Assembly: GCF_036365525.1 (NCBI RefSeq)
Contig: NC_090416.1
Coordinates: 16,650,945 to 16,714,944, forward strand
Source of the DNA: Heterodontus francisci
Lineage: Eukaryota
DNA: 64,000 nucleotides
Reading direction: 5' to 3'
Of this stretch, positions 9,136 to 21,465 are shown piece after piece. Under the pieces are notes generated by a model. It made no database searches, was not told the origin of the DNA, and worked only from the letters and a program-made list of their open reading frames with translations. The first letter of the stretch is position 1. Every line of letters begins with the position of its first letter. Made by a program: the position numbers and the translations under genes.

Positions 9136-12074
9136 TGTGGCAGGGGGGTGGGAACCAGAGCAGTGGGACAGCTAGAAAAATAAATGAGGAGGACATAGTA
9201 AATAAGGCCAGTAAGACTAAGAGGAAGAGCAGGCAGGAAGATGTTGCTGAGCACAGCGGGACTGGTGGTCTGAAGTGCATTTCTTTCAATGCGAGAAGTA
9301 TAACAGGTAAGGCAGATGAACTTAGAGCTTGGATTAGTACTTGGAAATATGATGTTGTTGCTATTACAGAGACTTGGTTGAGGGAAGGGCAGGATTGGCA
9401 GCTAAATGTTCCAGGCTTTAGAAGCTTCAGGCGGGATAGAGGAGGATGTAAAAGGGATGGGGGAGTTGCATTACTGGTTAAGGAGAATATCACAGCTGTA
9501 CTGCGGGAGGACACCTCAGAGAGGTCATGCAGCGAGGCAATATGGGTGGAGCTCAGGAATAGGAAGGGTGCAGTCACGATGTTGGGGGTTTACTACAGGC
9601 CTCCCAACAGCCAGCGGGAGGTAGAGGACAAGATATGTAGACAGATTTTGGAAAGATGTAAAGGTAACAGGGTTGTGGTGGTGGGTGATTTTAACTTCCC
9701 CTATATTGACTGGGACTCACTTAGTGCTAGGGGCTTGGATGGGGCATAATTTGTGAGGAGCATCCAGGAGGGCTTCTTGAAGCTGTATGCAGACAGTCCA
9801 ACTAGGGATAGGGCCATTCTGGACCTGGTATTGGAGAATCAGCCCGGCCAGGTGGTCGAAGTTTCAGTGGGGGAACATTTCGGGAGCAGTGACCATAATT
9901 CCATATGTTTTAAGGTACTTGTGGATAAGGATAAGAGTAGTCCTCGGGTGAAGGTGCTAAATTGGGGGAAGGCTAATTATAACAATATTAGGCAGGAATT
10001 GAAGAATTTAGATTGGGGGCGGCTGTTTGAGGGTAAATCAACATCTGACATGTGGGAGTCTTTCAAACGTCAGCTGATTAGAATCCAGGACCAGCATGTT
10101 CCTGTGAGGAAGAAAGACAAGTTTGGCATGTTTGGGGAAATTTGGATAACACTGGATATTGTGAGCCTAGTCAAAAAGAAAAAGGAAGCATTTGTGAGGG
10201 CTGGAAGGCTAGGAACAGACGAAGCACTTGAGGAACATAAAGACAGTGGGAAGGAACTTAAGCAAGGAGATAGGAGGGCTAAAAGGGGTCATAAAAGGTC
10301 ATTGGCAAACAGGATTAAGGAGAATCCCAAGGCTTTGTATACATATATAAAGAGCAAGAGGGTAACCAGGGAAAGGGTTGGCCCACTCAAGGATAGAGAT
10401 GGGAATCTATGTGTGGAGCCAGAGGAAGTGGGCGAGGTGCTAAATGAGTACTTTGCATCAGTATTCACCAAAGAGAAGGACTTGGTGGATGATGAGCCTA
10501 GGGAAGGGAGTGCAGATAGTCTCAGTCATCTTATTGTTAAAAAGGAGGAGGTGTTGGGTGTTTTGCAAAGCATTAAGGTAGATAAGTCCCCAGGGCCTGA
10601 TGGGATCTACCCTAGAATACTGAGGGAGGCAAGGGAAGAAATTGATGGTTTCTTGTCAGAAATCTTTGCATCATTTTTGGCTACAGGTGAGGCCCCAGAG
10701 GACTGGAGAATAGCCAATGCTGTTCCTTTGTTTAAGAAGGGTGGCAAGGATAATCCAGGAAATTATAGGCCGGTGAGCCTTCCGTCAGTGGTAGGGAAAC
10801 TATTAAAGAGGATTATTCGGGACAGGATTTACTCCCATTTGGAAACAAACGAACTTATTAGTGAGAGACAGCATGGTTTTGTGAAGTGGAGGTTGTGTCT
10901 TACTAATTTGAATGAGTTTTTTGAGGAAGTGACGAAGAAGATTGATGAAGGAAGAGCAGTGGATGTTATCTATATGGACTTTATTAAAGCCTTTGAGAAG
11001 GTCCCGCATGGCAGACTGGTACAAAAGGTAATGTCACATGGGATCAGATGTGAGCTGGCAAGATGGATACAGAACTGGCTCGGTCATAGAAGACAGAGGG
11101 TATCAGTGGATGGGTGTTTTTCTGAATGGAGGGATGTGACTAGTGGTGTTCCGCAGGGATCAGTGCTGGGACCTTTGCTGTTTGTAGTATATATAAATGA
11201 TTTGGAGGAAAATGTAGCTGGTCTGATTAGTAAGTTGGCGGACGACACAAAGGTTGGTGGAGTTGCGGATAATGATGAGGATTGTCAGAGGATACAGCTG
11301 GATATAGATCGGTTGGAGACTTGGGTGGAGAAATGGCAGATGGAGTTTAATCTGGACAAATGTGAGGTAATGCATTTTGAAAGGACTAATGCAGGTGGGA
11401 GGTATACAGTAAATGGCAGAACCGTTAGGAGTATTGACAGACAGAGAAATCTGGGCGTTGCGGTCCACAGGTCACTGAAAGTGGCAACGCAGGTGGATAA
11501 GGTAGTCAGGAAGGCATACGGCATGCTTGCCATCATTGGTCGGGGCATAGAGTATAAAAATTGGCAAGTCATGTTGCAGCTGTACAGAACCTTAGTTAGG
11601 CCACACTTAGAATACTGCGTGCAATTCTGGTCGCCACACTACCAGAAGGACGTGGAGGCTTTGGAGAGGGTACAAAGGAGGTTTATCAGGATGTTGCCTG
11701 GTCTGGAGGGCATTAACTATGAGGAGAGGTTGGAAAAAGTCGGATTGTTTTCACTGGGACGACGGAGGTGGAGGGGCGACATGATAGAGGTTTACAAAGT
11801 TATGAGCGGCATGGACAGAGTGGATAGTCAGAAGCTTTTTCCCAGGGTGGAAGAGTCAGTTACTAGGGGACATAGGTTTAAGGTGCGAGGGGCAAAGTTT
11901 AGAGGGGATGTGCGAGGCAAGTTTTTGACACAGAGGGTGGTGAGTGCCTGGAACTTGCTGCCAGGGGAGGTGGTGGAAGCAGATACGATAGCGACGTTTA
12001 AGAGACATCTTGACAAATACATGAATAGGAAGGAAATAGAGGGATTTGGGCCCCGGAAGTGCAGAAGGTGTTAG
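9135..12074 (+). pseudogene. CR1 ORF2 endonuclease/reverse transcriptase with one in-frame stop (TAA 9747-9749)
   Basis: ORFs 9135-9749 and 9753-12074 are in the same frame. The RT motif reads LADD here and FADD in units 2 and 4. Confidence 0.93.
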
Positions 12075-12409
12075 TTTAGGCAGGCATCAAGATCGGTGCA
12101 GGCTTGGAGGGCCGAATGGCCTGTTCCTGTGTGGTACTGTTCTTTGTTNNNNNNNNNNNNNNNNNNNNNNNNNNNNNNNNNNNNNNNNNNNNNNNNNNNN
12201 NNNNNNNNNNNNNNNNNNNNNNNNNNNNNNNNNNNNNNNNNNNNNNNNNNNNNNNNNNNNNNNNNNNNNNNNNNNNNNNNNNNCTCGCTCTATCTATTTG
12301 TCTGTCTGTCCATCTCTATCTATCTGTCTGTCCATCTCTGTCTGTCTGTCTGTCTATCCCTCAGTACTGACCCTTTGACAGTGCGGCACTCCCTCAGTAC
12401 TGACCCTTT

Positions 12410-13630
12410 GGGAACTGAATATTCCAGGGTATTTGACAGTTTGGAATGACAGGAAGCAAGGAAAAGGAGGTGGTGTAGTTCAGTTAATAAAGGATGAGAT
12501 CAGTACAGTAGTGAGAAATGATCTTGTATCAGAAAATCAAGATGTGGAATCAGTTTGGGTGGAGATATGAAATAGCATAAATTCATACAGTAGCTGCACT
12601 GTGGGACAGAGTATAAATCAAGAAATAAGGGGGGCTTGTAAGGAAAATACTGCAGTAATCCTGGGTGATTTTAATCTTCATATAAATTGGAGTAATCAAA
12701 CTGGTAAAGTTAGATAGAGGATGAGTTCATGGAGTGTACTCAGGACAGTTTCTTAGAACAATACACTCTGGAACCAATCCGGGAGCAGGATATTTTAGAC
12801 CTGGTAATGTGTAAGGAGACGGAATTAATTAATGACCTCTTAGTAAAGGAAGAATAGAAAAGCAGAATATTATTTACATGGAGAGAGACTGCAGAATGCT
12901 GCAGTACAGAGGGATCTGGGTGTCCTTGTACATGAATCACAAAATGTTAACATGCAGGTTCAGAAAGTAATTAGGAAGAGAAATGGAATGTTTGTATTTA
13001 TTGCAATGGGGATGGAATATAAAACTAGGGCCATCTTGCTACAACTGTACCGGGTATTGGTGAGACCGCACCTAGAATACTGCATGCAGTTTTGGTCTCC
13101 TTATTTAAGGAGGGATATACTTGCATTGGAAGCAGTTCAGAGAAGGTTCACTTGGCTGATTCCTGGGATGAAGGGATTGTCTGATAAGGAAAGGTTGAGC
13201 AGGTTGGGCCTGTTTGGAGTTTAGAAGAATGAGAGGTGATCTTATTGAAATGTGAAAGGTTCTGAAGGGGTTTGACGGGGTAGATACTGAGAGGATGTTT
13301 CCCCTCATGGGAGAATCTAGAACTAGGGGGAACAGTTACAGAATACGGGGTCTCCCATTTAAGACGGAGATGAGGAGGAATTTCTTCTCTGAGGGTCATT
13401 AATCTTTGGAATTCTCTTCCCCAGGGAGCAGTGGAGGCTGGGTCATTGAATATATTCAAGGCTGAGTTGGAGAGTTTTTTGATCTCCAAGGGAGTTGAGG
13501 GTTATGGTGGGGGGCAGACAGGAAAGTGGAGATAAGGTCACAATCAGATCATCCATGATCTTATCGAATGGCGGAACAGTCTCGATGGCCCGAATGGCCT
13601 TCTCCTGTTCTTATTTCTTATGCTTTTATG
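12410..13630 (+). mobile_element. Older, internally deleted CR1 (endonuclease fragment fused to RT 3' end); recurs in each unit
   Basis: GDFN-like fragment, then LVRPHLEYC..W ORF pieces and a CR1 tail GGCC...CCTGTTCTTATTTCTTATG. Confidence 0.85.
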
Positions 13631-14664
13631 TTGAAGATATCGTACCTGCTGTATTCAATAGCTGTCCAGGTCTTTAAATCCCAAAGTGGCCGTAACTGTT
13701 CCTATCTGTGCAGAGAGCCCTTGACAGTAATATAATATAATGAAAATGGCCTGGCTGAAACTCCCCGGGTCTGGATATCTCAGTACAGATCGGGGAAGGG
13801 ATGGTCGGAGTGCTGGAAACTGGACCTTCCCAGCAAGTGTCCTGTAAGGGAACTGAATGACCTCAACGAAGGAACGAGTTCACAGAGGGAGATGAGGCTG
13901 ATGTGATTGCAGTGTGTGCGAACAAGAGGAGGCCATTCAGCCCTTCGAGACTGCTGTACCATTCCATTAGATCATAGCTGGTCTGTACCTTAACCCCATA
14001 TACCCTGCCTTAGCTCCATAGTCCTTGCTGCCCTTACCCAATAAAAATCTATCAACCACAATCTTTATAACTCCAATTTTTAATGAAGTGCATTTCTATA
14101 GCGTCTTTCACAACCTCAGGATGTTCCCAAAGTGCTTCGCAGCCAATGAAATACCTTGTAAAGCAATGTTGGGAAATGAAGACTGGGATGTAGAGCAGGA
14201 GGAGTTCAGTTCAGTTCTCCTGAGGGGCCCAGTCCAGATAATGGGTTGTTTTGTTGTAAATGTGTGACGTGTCCAAGAATGTAACCGTTTAATGGTGTGT
14301 CTGAGATTTCCGTCCTGTTTCTGTGTGTTTCAGAGCAGGGGAACTGGGCCCAGATGCTGCTGCTCTCTGCTGCTTATCAGACAGTGAACAGGGAGGTTTC
14401 GGTTCCTCCCCGAGGCTCCTCTCCCACCCCCTGCAGCGAGTGACCACACCACCTGCACCACATCACAAACAAGACAAAAACAGCATCGATTTGGGTATCA
14501 GGATCTAAAATAAGGCTTTCAGAACACCGCCCAGGTCCCCTGTGGTTGATGACGAGGGCCTGATCTGAGCTGCATTCAGTGCCATTCTCAGACCCAGTCT
14601 GGAACCTGGCTGTTCGGCCATGTGAATCATCAACATTGTAGATTTAACTGGACTGATAAACGTT

Positions 14665-14830
14665 TGATGGCCTTTAAGATACTCCTTAAAACCTACCTCT
14701 TTGACCGAGCTTTTGGTCACCTGCTCTAATATCTCCGAATGTGGCTCAGCATTAAACTTTGTTTGCTGACGCCCCTTGCGACGTTTTATTACATTAAAGG
14801 CGCCATATAAATGCAGATTGGTGGTTGTTT
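14665..14830 (+). mobile_element. L2-like LINE 3' end, followed by a degraded DeuSINE-like copy (about 14930-15250)
   Basis: CTCCTTAAAACCTACCTCTTTGACC (LLKTYLF) and tail AAAGGCGCCATATAAATGCAG. Confidence 0.55.
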
Positions 14831-17363
14831 GCAGATGACAATTCGTTGAAGACCTTAATAACTAACCGACTGCAGGCCATGAAGTACATCAACTAAAGCC
14901 ACAATTAAAACTCAAGGCTTCTGATGTAAGTACAATACTGAAGGAATACCGCACTGCCGGAGGGGCTATCTGTCACTTGGAATCTGCCCTCTGTTAAAGA
15001 TACTGCAACCCCCATTTATAAAAGAGTTGGGGAGTTCTCCCCCACCCCCGTGTCTTGGCTGATATTTATCCTTCAATCAATATCACAAAAAAAGATCACC
15101 TGGGTCATTATCTCATTGTTATGTGTGTGGGATCATGCTGTGCACAAATTGTCTGCTGTGTTTCCTACATTGCAACAGTTGACTAGACTTCAAAAAAAAT
15201 ACTTGGTTGGCTGTAAAGCGCTGTGGGACATTCTGAAGCTGTGAAAGGAGGCTCACTGTCACCTTCTCAGGGGGACAAATAGTGATGGACAATAAATGGC
15301 TGGTCTTACCAGAGATGCCCACATCTCGAGAATGAAGAAGTGCAGGTTCTGTCTCTCTGGACGCTGTGATGTCCCCTTGTAAAACATACTGAAACTAAAT
15401 AGTTCTAAAAACATCTGCATAAATACAGCATCCTCAGACTCGAGATGAGGATTAAACCTACATTTAATACCTCTTTAAGTGCGTGGCCCCTTTAAGGTGT
15501 GCTGAGGGACTGGGCTTTTCCAGCACTCTCTGTCCATTTACTCTTTGAGGTGATGCAACCGATACTCTCTCCACAGCCGGGGGCTCAGTTAACAGCCCTT
15601 CCCTCTTATGGCCCCTAGTTCTGCTCTCACCCGCAAGTGGAAACGTCTCGCCTTATCGAGTCCTTTCATAACCTTAAAGGGCTCCATCAGGTCCTACCCT
15701 CCCCCCCTCTCAGTCTTCTCTTTTCAACCTATCCTGGTAGCCTATCTCAGTACTGGTACCATCCCAGCACATCTTTTCTTGCACCTTCTCCAGTGTCATT
15801 TTATAATATGGAGACGGGAACAGTGCACAGTAATTCCAAGTGTGGTCTAACTGAGGTTCCCTACAAGTTTGACTTAATGTATCTGCTTCTCAATTCTATC
15901 CCTCGAGAAATTAACCCCGGTGTTTGGATTGCTTTTTATATGGCCTTATTCAGCAGCATTGCTGCAGTTACTCTATAACCCTCGATCCACAACCCTATTT
16001 AGACTCTTTCTTCCCCACCTCCCCCTCCCTCCAGGACTAGGTGACCTCATTCATCCTCCCAAAAAGTAGCACCTCACACTTATCCAGACTGACCTTCATT
16101 TGCCAATTACACACCCATTCTGCATGTCCTGTCATTTGTGATGGACCTAATATTAACTGCAGCCTCCCCCAATTTGGAGTCATCAGCAAACTGATCCCGT
16201 GCCATCCTATCTCTCGGACCGGGATAGTGAGCAGTTCTCCCTGGGAGGGACGGTATTTTATTCCAAACAGAGGCTTTTCCTGTAAATCACATACAATGAT
16301 GGTCTAGTATGGGAGAAACTACACTTTAGGATGGGAGGGTTGTTGAGAGGGTGCAGAGGAGGTTTACTGGAATGGTTCCAGGGATGGGGGAATTCTAGTT
16401 ATAAGGTCAGCCTGGAGAAGCTGGGATTGTTTTCCTTGGAGCGAAGGAGATTGCAGGGAGATTTAATAGAGGTGGACAAGATTATGACAGATCTGGATAG
16501 AGTAGACAAGGAAAAACAGTTCCCATTAACTGATGGTACAAGGGCTAGGGGACACATATTGAACGTTTTGGGCAAGGGATACAAGGGGGGGGGGGGATGT
16601 GAGGAAGAATTTATTTATTTTTAAATGCAGTGAGTGACAATGACCTGGAACTCACTGCCTACCAGAGTGGTGGAAGCTGGAGACAATGATTTCAGTAACA
16701 AACTGGGGTGGGGGGGGGGGGACACTTGAAGGAAATAAATTCGCAGGGGGCCACGGGGGTGCGGAGAGTGGGACTGACTGGATTGCACTACGGGGAGCTG
16801 GCACGGACCCGAGGGGCCGAATAGCCTCCTTCTGTGCCAGAAATGAAATCGAATTCGTTTAAAATAGTTAACTCTGCTTGAATATTTTTTTTTAAATCTG
16901 CCCAAAAGAAAATTCCTCTAATCGCCATTATTCGTACAGTTAACCACTGACTTGCACCAATATCCACCTCAACTCACCCCCACCCCCTCCCCACAAAAAA
17001 TAACAGAGCAATTTGAATTCATGTCATCTTTATTAAAACAGCCACACACAGAGAGATACATTTTTCAATTCTAACAAATGGTACTACTGAGAGAAAGGAG
17101 AGAGGGAGCAGAACCCATCCAGCTCCAAATGGGAATGTACTCCCGGGATAGGTGGTCCTGATATTCACTGTCACCCACCTGCGCCCCCCAGTTAAAATTG
17201 GATCCAAAATTGGATCGTTAAACTGCGATTGAAGTGACTGTTTCAACATCGTTGGCCACATTTGCTACAGTGATTACATTGTAAAACAACAACAACAACA
17301 TTCCACATATTGAATAATATTTCATCAGCAATAAATCAAACTCTAAACCCCAGTTGCTCCCTC

Positions 17364-17692
17364 TCAGTCGGAACAAGCGGTGGAGCTGATGGTTTTGAGG
17401 AGAGGTGAGCTCAGAGAGCCGTGGTCCACACTGCAGGTATAGCTGGAGCCCTTATTCCAGGCAGTGGCGGGGACTCTCAGGTAACTGCTCAGGCTGTAGG
17501 TTTGATCACTGTCCGTGGACACAGTGCCTGTGGTCACCCCGCTGTCTGTCTCTTTATCATCCACTCTCCAGAGAACCCGCACGAAACCCGGCTTAAAGCG
17601 GCTCACCAGGCAGGACAGAGTAGCCCATCCCGAGTCTATTTCTTCTGAGGAAGGAGGGAGCAGGAGAACTGATGGTTTCCGATCCTCACTAC
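17364..17692 (-). CDS. IgL constant exon, cluster 2
   Basis: Same as cluster 1 except DQT for DQS. Acceptor and stop are intact. Confidence 0.97.
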
Positions 17693-19026
17693 CTGTGTGT
17701 GAGAGACAGGGTGGAAGAAAGGAATCTCACTGTTAGTATCAATCATTTTTTCTAAAAGGCACATCCAGAATTAGTAACACATACTATAATTTAAAACAAA
17801 CATTTAACTTGACTTCAGACTTAGGTAGAGACAGTAAATAATACAATAGCCTGAGTGTTTCCAGCACTCGATTTCAGATTTCCAGCATCTGCAGGATTTT
17901 GCTTTGATTGGATTAAAATTAAATATTTAGTCCAATCTTAACTCCCTGTCAATTGAGAGCTGGACTTGTACATGGATTCGAGACATTCAATATAAATTAA
18001 TTAACTGAATATTAAATACAACAGACAATATCGAATTGTTTAAAATTCAGGGGCAGATTAAAATCAAAAGTTTAAAAATTGAGGAAGTTTCACATTTCGG
18101 ATAGGCTGTACTGGAGGTCTTATGGAGGTGCTCGGAGTATGTATTGGGAGTAACTCAACCTCCCAGATCCACACTCAGAGTTCGGTGATCACCTCACCAG
18201 GAAAAATTCTTTATTTATAAAAAAAAGTTTTAAAAGTAATAAAGTTCGGGGCGGTTTCCATTTAGAAAGTAGGTTAGACACTTCACATGAACGAACGACA
18301 GCTGAAGGAGGGGGCTGGGAAGGGAGACGGGGACTGGGGGGTCGAGAGACCGGGTGCGTTAGGAACAGACAAGATGGGGTGGGGGGGGCGCAGAATGAGG
18401 CCATTCGGTCCATCGAGTCCCTGCCGCTGCCTAACCCCACTTCCCAACTTTGGGAGTCTTTTTTTGAGGTGGGGGAGGGGGTGCTAGTGTCAAACTCGAC
18501 CCCATTTGACTCTGAGTAAAATTCCTGTTTGTAAATCTTCCAGCAACACCCGGGGCAGGCTCGCTATTTATACAACAGTGCAGCGAATAGACGGAGAAGT
18601 CCACACCTGCACACTGCAGACCTGGCCGAACAGACTCGAGGGGCTGAATGGCCTTTCTCCCCTGTTCATTCTGCATTTTCTTTTGCCAATGTAGTTTTTC
18701 CTCGGTTCTGAGGAAAGGTCAGAGACCCGAAACTGTTCACCGTTTCTCCCTCTCTCTCCGCAGAGGCTGCCCAGACCTGCTGAGTATTTCCAGCATCTTC
18801 TGTTTTTTTTATTTCAGATTTCCAGCATCCGCAATTGTTTTGCTGCTATTTTAGTGTTTATTTTTCTACCCTCCAGAATCCAAATTCCCAGCACTGAATC
18901 AGTGGACAGAAAAATAAAAATCTGACCCAATTTGTTTTCACCGTTATCAGGGCAGATCCGATTCTGCAACAATAAATGAATAAATAATTGAAACAATATG
19001 AATGATAGGATGAGGGAATTACTTAC

Positions 19027-19063
19027 TCCGTAAACTCAGGGCGGTCCCAGGTCCGAAGGTAAA
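19027..19063 (-). CDS. IgL J segment, cluster 2
   Basis: FTFGPGTALSLR with GTAAGT donor. Confidence 0.96.
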
Positions 19064-19102
19064 CACAGTGCAGTGTTTTAATGGGACGGGTCACTTAAAA
19101 CC
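19064..19102 (-). other. J 23-RSS, cluster 2
   Basis: CACAGTG, 23 nt, CTTAAAACC (6/9). Confidence 0.88.
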
Positions 19103-19417
19103 CAGGCTGGGAAGAAAGAGGGGAAAATATTAATAATCTGTCCTTTATCACATTCCCTTTCACATTCTGCCTTTCACAGGGGCCGGAATGCTGAGAGGCT
19201 GGAGAAAGATTTTCACAGATCAGTGAGGAAACCTTGAGAATATCAGTGTTTACCTACCCAGCTAATAGTCCAAATATTGGGGAAAATCCAAATAAACCCA
19301 TGGAAACCCAGTGAGATTTTCCACAAGTTACATAAGGAATATTTCTGAAGCTCATTACACAGTCTCAGGCAGGAATATTTCAGTAGCTGTTGGAATTCTG
19401 AGTGGTTCTGTTGATAC

Positions 19418-19445
19418 AGTTTTTGTATTGCCCTTTCTCACTGTG
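19418..19445 (-). other. V 12-RSS, cluster 2
   Basis: CACAGTG, 12 nt, ACAAAAACT. Confidence 0.96.
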
Positions 19446-19773
19446 TATGTAGCTGCTGAGTATTCCGCGGCAGCACAGTAATAGACGGCGGAGTCTCCCG
19501 GTTCCAAGCTGCCGATGGTCAGAATGTGACTGTTACTGGAGGTGTCTCTGGAAGGTTTAAAACGGTCCGTGAAGCCGGTGCCTCGATAGATGCTACCACT
19601 TGTATAGTGCACTAACACCCACACCGGAGCCTCCCCGGGTCTCTGTCGGTACCAGCTCATGTAGTAACTGCCCACGTTGCCGTTCTGCATTGCACACTTT
19701 AACTCGGAGGTCTCACCGGCGGAGACTGGGTCTGAAATTGGGGTCTGATTGAGGACAGGAACCGCCAGGACAC
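19446..19773 (-). CDS. IgL V exon, cluster 2
   Basis: Intact V-set ORF. CDR2 region VHYTSGSIYRG, 3' end YYCAAAEYSAAT. Confidence 0.97.
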
Positions 19774-19937
19774 CTTCAACACAAAACACAAGAGAGAGAG
19801 AAAAACACATTCAGTTTATTGGGGCAAAAAAGCACACTGATAAATAAACAGGCCGGGCTACCAAATCCCTTTGCTTCCTAATCTAATGGTTTAAAAATGA
19901 ATAATTGAGTAACGTTCTGTTAACATAAGTGTCTCAC

Positions 19938-19986
19938 CTGTTAAATGGAGTAGCAGGGTCCCCAGGAGATACATTACTGCAGCCAT
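19938..19986 (-). CDS. IgL leader exon, cluster 2
   Basis: Same leader and donor as cluster 1. Confidence 0.93.
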
Positions 19987-20091
19987 TCCCTCCGGGGGGG
20001 AAAAAAACCCGTGAAGAATTAGTGAGCAGGGTTTTACTGTAACTCCAGAAAGTGGATCCAGTTACAGTGCCGGACAAGGTGAGACCAGTAT

Positions 20092-20116
20092 CTATTATAT
20101 GAACCTGTATGCAAAT
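20092..20116 (-). promoter_or_regulatory. IgL promoter octamer (20109-20116) and TATA-like box, cluster 2
   Basis: ATTTGCAT on the sense strand. Confidence 0.9.
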
Positions 20117-21113
20117 ACAGGGAGGGTTGAGAGGAGCAGGGGCGGCGGGGGGTGGGGGGGGGGTGGTGGGGGGGGGGGGGGGGGGGTGGGAGTGGACCAG
20201 ACCAGATTTTTTTTATTGAGCCTCTATTGGTCCCCAATTAAACATTTCCATGTATTTATTTCCACCGAGTTGAGGGTTAATTCACAATAATTTCTGATTT
20301 TAACCCCTCCTTCTCATGTCAAGAGTGTGAGATTTAAAAGAACAACTGTCGAAATTGCACATTTTATCCCAGATGGACAAAGACAAAAGCCCTTCAGAAT
20401 CCAGTGCCTTAAATTCATCCAGAACAAGTTTAACCCAGCGATCGTTAAGGATTTGTTTTTTTTTTATATTTGGGTCTGCAATGTGTACTTAAACACATAT
20501 CTTTATATCCAACACGCTGGTGTTTGCAACAAAGCAGTTCATTAGAAGGATTGGAATGGAAGAGATTGACTGGACTGCTTCTCTCAGCTGCTCTTTTTTC
20601 CTATCCGCCACTGTACAAGTGCACTGCTTGTCCTGGCGTTTGAGCCGAGTGTAGGGTCAAAACACTCGTTTCTCACTCAGGCCGACGCTCAGAAACAGCC
20701 AGAATCAACTCCAATATCCGTTTTAATTGGTAATGCAACGAGGAGTGAGATTCTGACCGGGCAAGCTGACTGCTCGGCTAGTTTCTGTGTTGTGTCCGGA
20801 TCCTGTGTTAAGTCCAGTTTCAATGAAATGTGTTTTCCTGCTGCAACAGTTCCTGCCCTGACTTTTTTTTGTTGCAACTAAACCACATGTATCGGAACCT
20901 CAGTCCCAGGAATACATTTGTTTTAACATTCCATTTCAGATGTTTTATGTCAATCACTCGATGCCAAGGGAAAACGTTCAACAAGTAGCTGGTGAGAGGA
21001 GTTAGTTTCTTTAAAATTAATATTTTATATCTTTTTATTTAAAATTCACTTAATTGGATGTGGACATCACTTGGCCCTGCCCGCATTTATTGCCCATCCC
21101 TCATTGCCGTTGA

Positions 21114-21465
21114 GGGCGGCACAGTGGCGCAGTGGTTAGCACTGCAGCCTCACAGCTCCAGGGACCGGGTTCGATTCCGGGTACTGCCTGTGTGGAGTTT
21201 GCAAGTTCTCCCTGTGTCTGCGTGGGTTTTCTCCGGGTGCTCCGGTTTCCTCCCACAAGCCAAAAGACTTGCAGGTTGATAGGTAAATTGGCCATTATAA
21301 ATTGTCACTAATATAGGTAGGTGGTAGGGTAATATAGGGACAGGTGGGGATGTTTGGTGGGAATATGGGATTAGTGTCGGATTAGTATAAATGGGTGGTT
21401 GATGTTCGGCACAGACTCGGTGGGCCGAAGGGACTGTTTCATTGCTGTATCTCTAATCTAATCTA
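21114..21465 (+). mobile_element. tRNA-derived SINE, HE1/V-SINE-like, unit 2
   Basis: A box TGGCGCAGTGG, B box GGTTCGATTCC, V-domain-like core, CR1-like tail ending (CTAAT)n. Absent from units 1 and 4. The family name is from recall. Confidence 0.88.

Larger units (their letters stand above)
7828..12148 (+). mobile_element. Near full-length CR1-clade LINE, unit 1 (disabled, 5' boundary uncertain)
   Basis: ORF1 has CxxC zinc-finger, coiled-coil and SGNH esterase motifs (GDS, HIGTND, DGLHLN). ORF2 has an APE endonuclease (NARS, ITETW, GDFN, SDH) and RT (PQGSVLGP, ADD). CR1-type 3' tail. Confidence 0.95.

Noticed and set aside
9753-12074. Active reverse transcriptase gene
   Set aside because: There is an upstream in-frame stop in the endonuclease domain and ORF1 is frameshifted. 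All four copies are disabled.
21114-21180. tRNA gene
   Set aside because: It is the tRNA-derived head of a SINE, continuing into a SINE body and tail.
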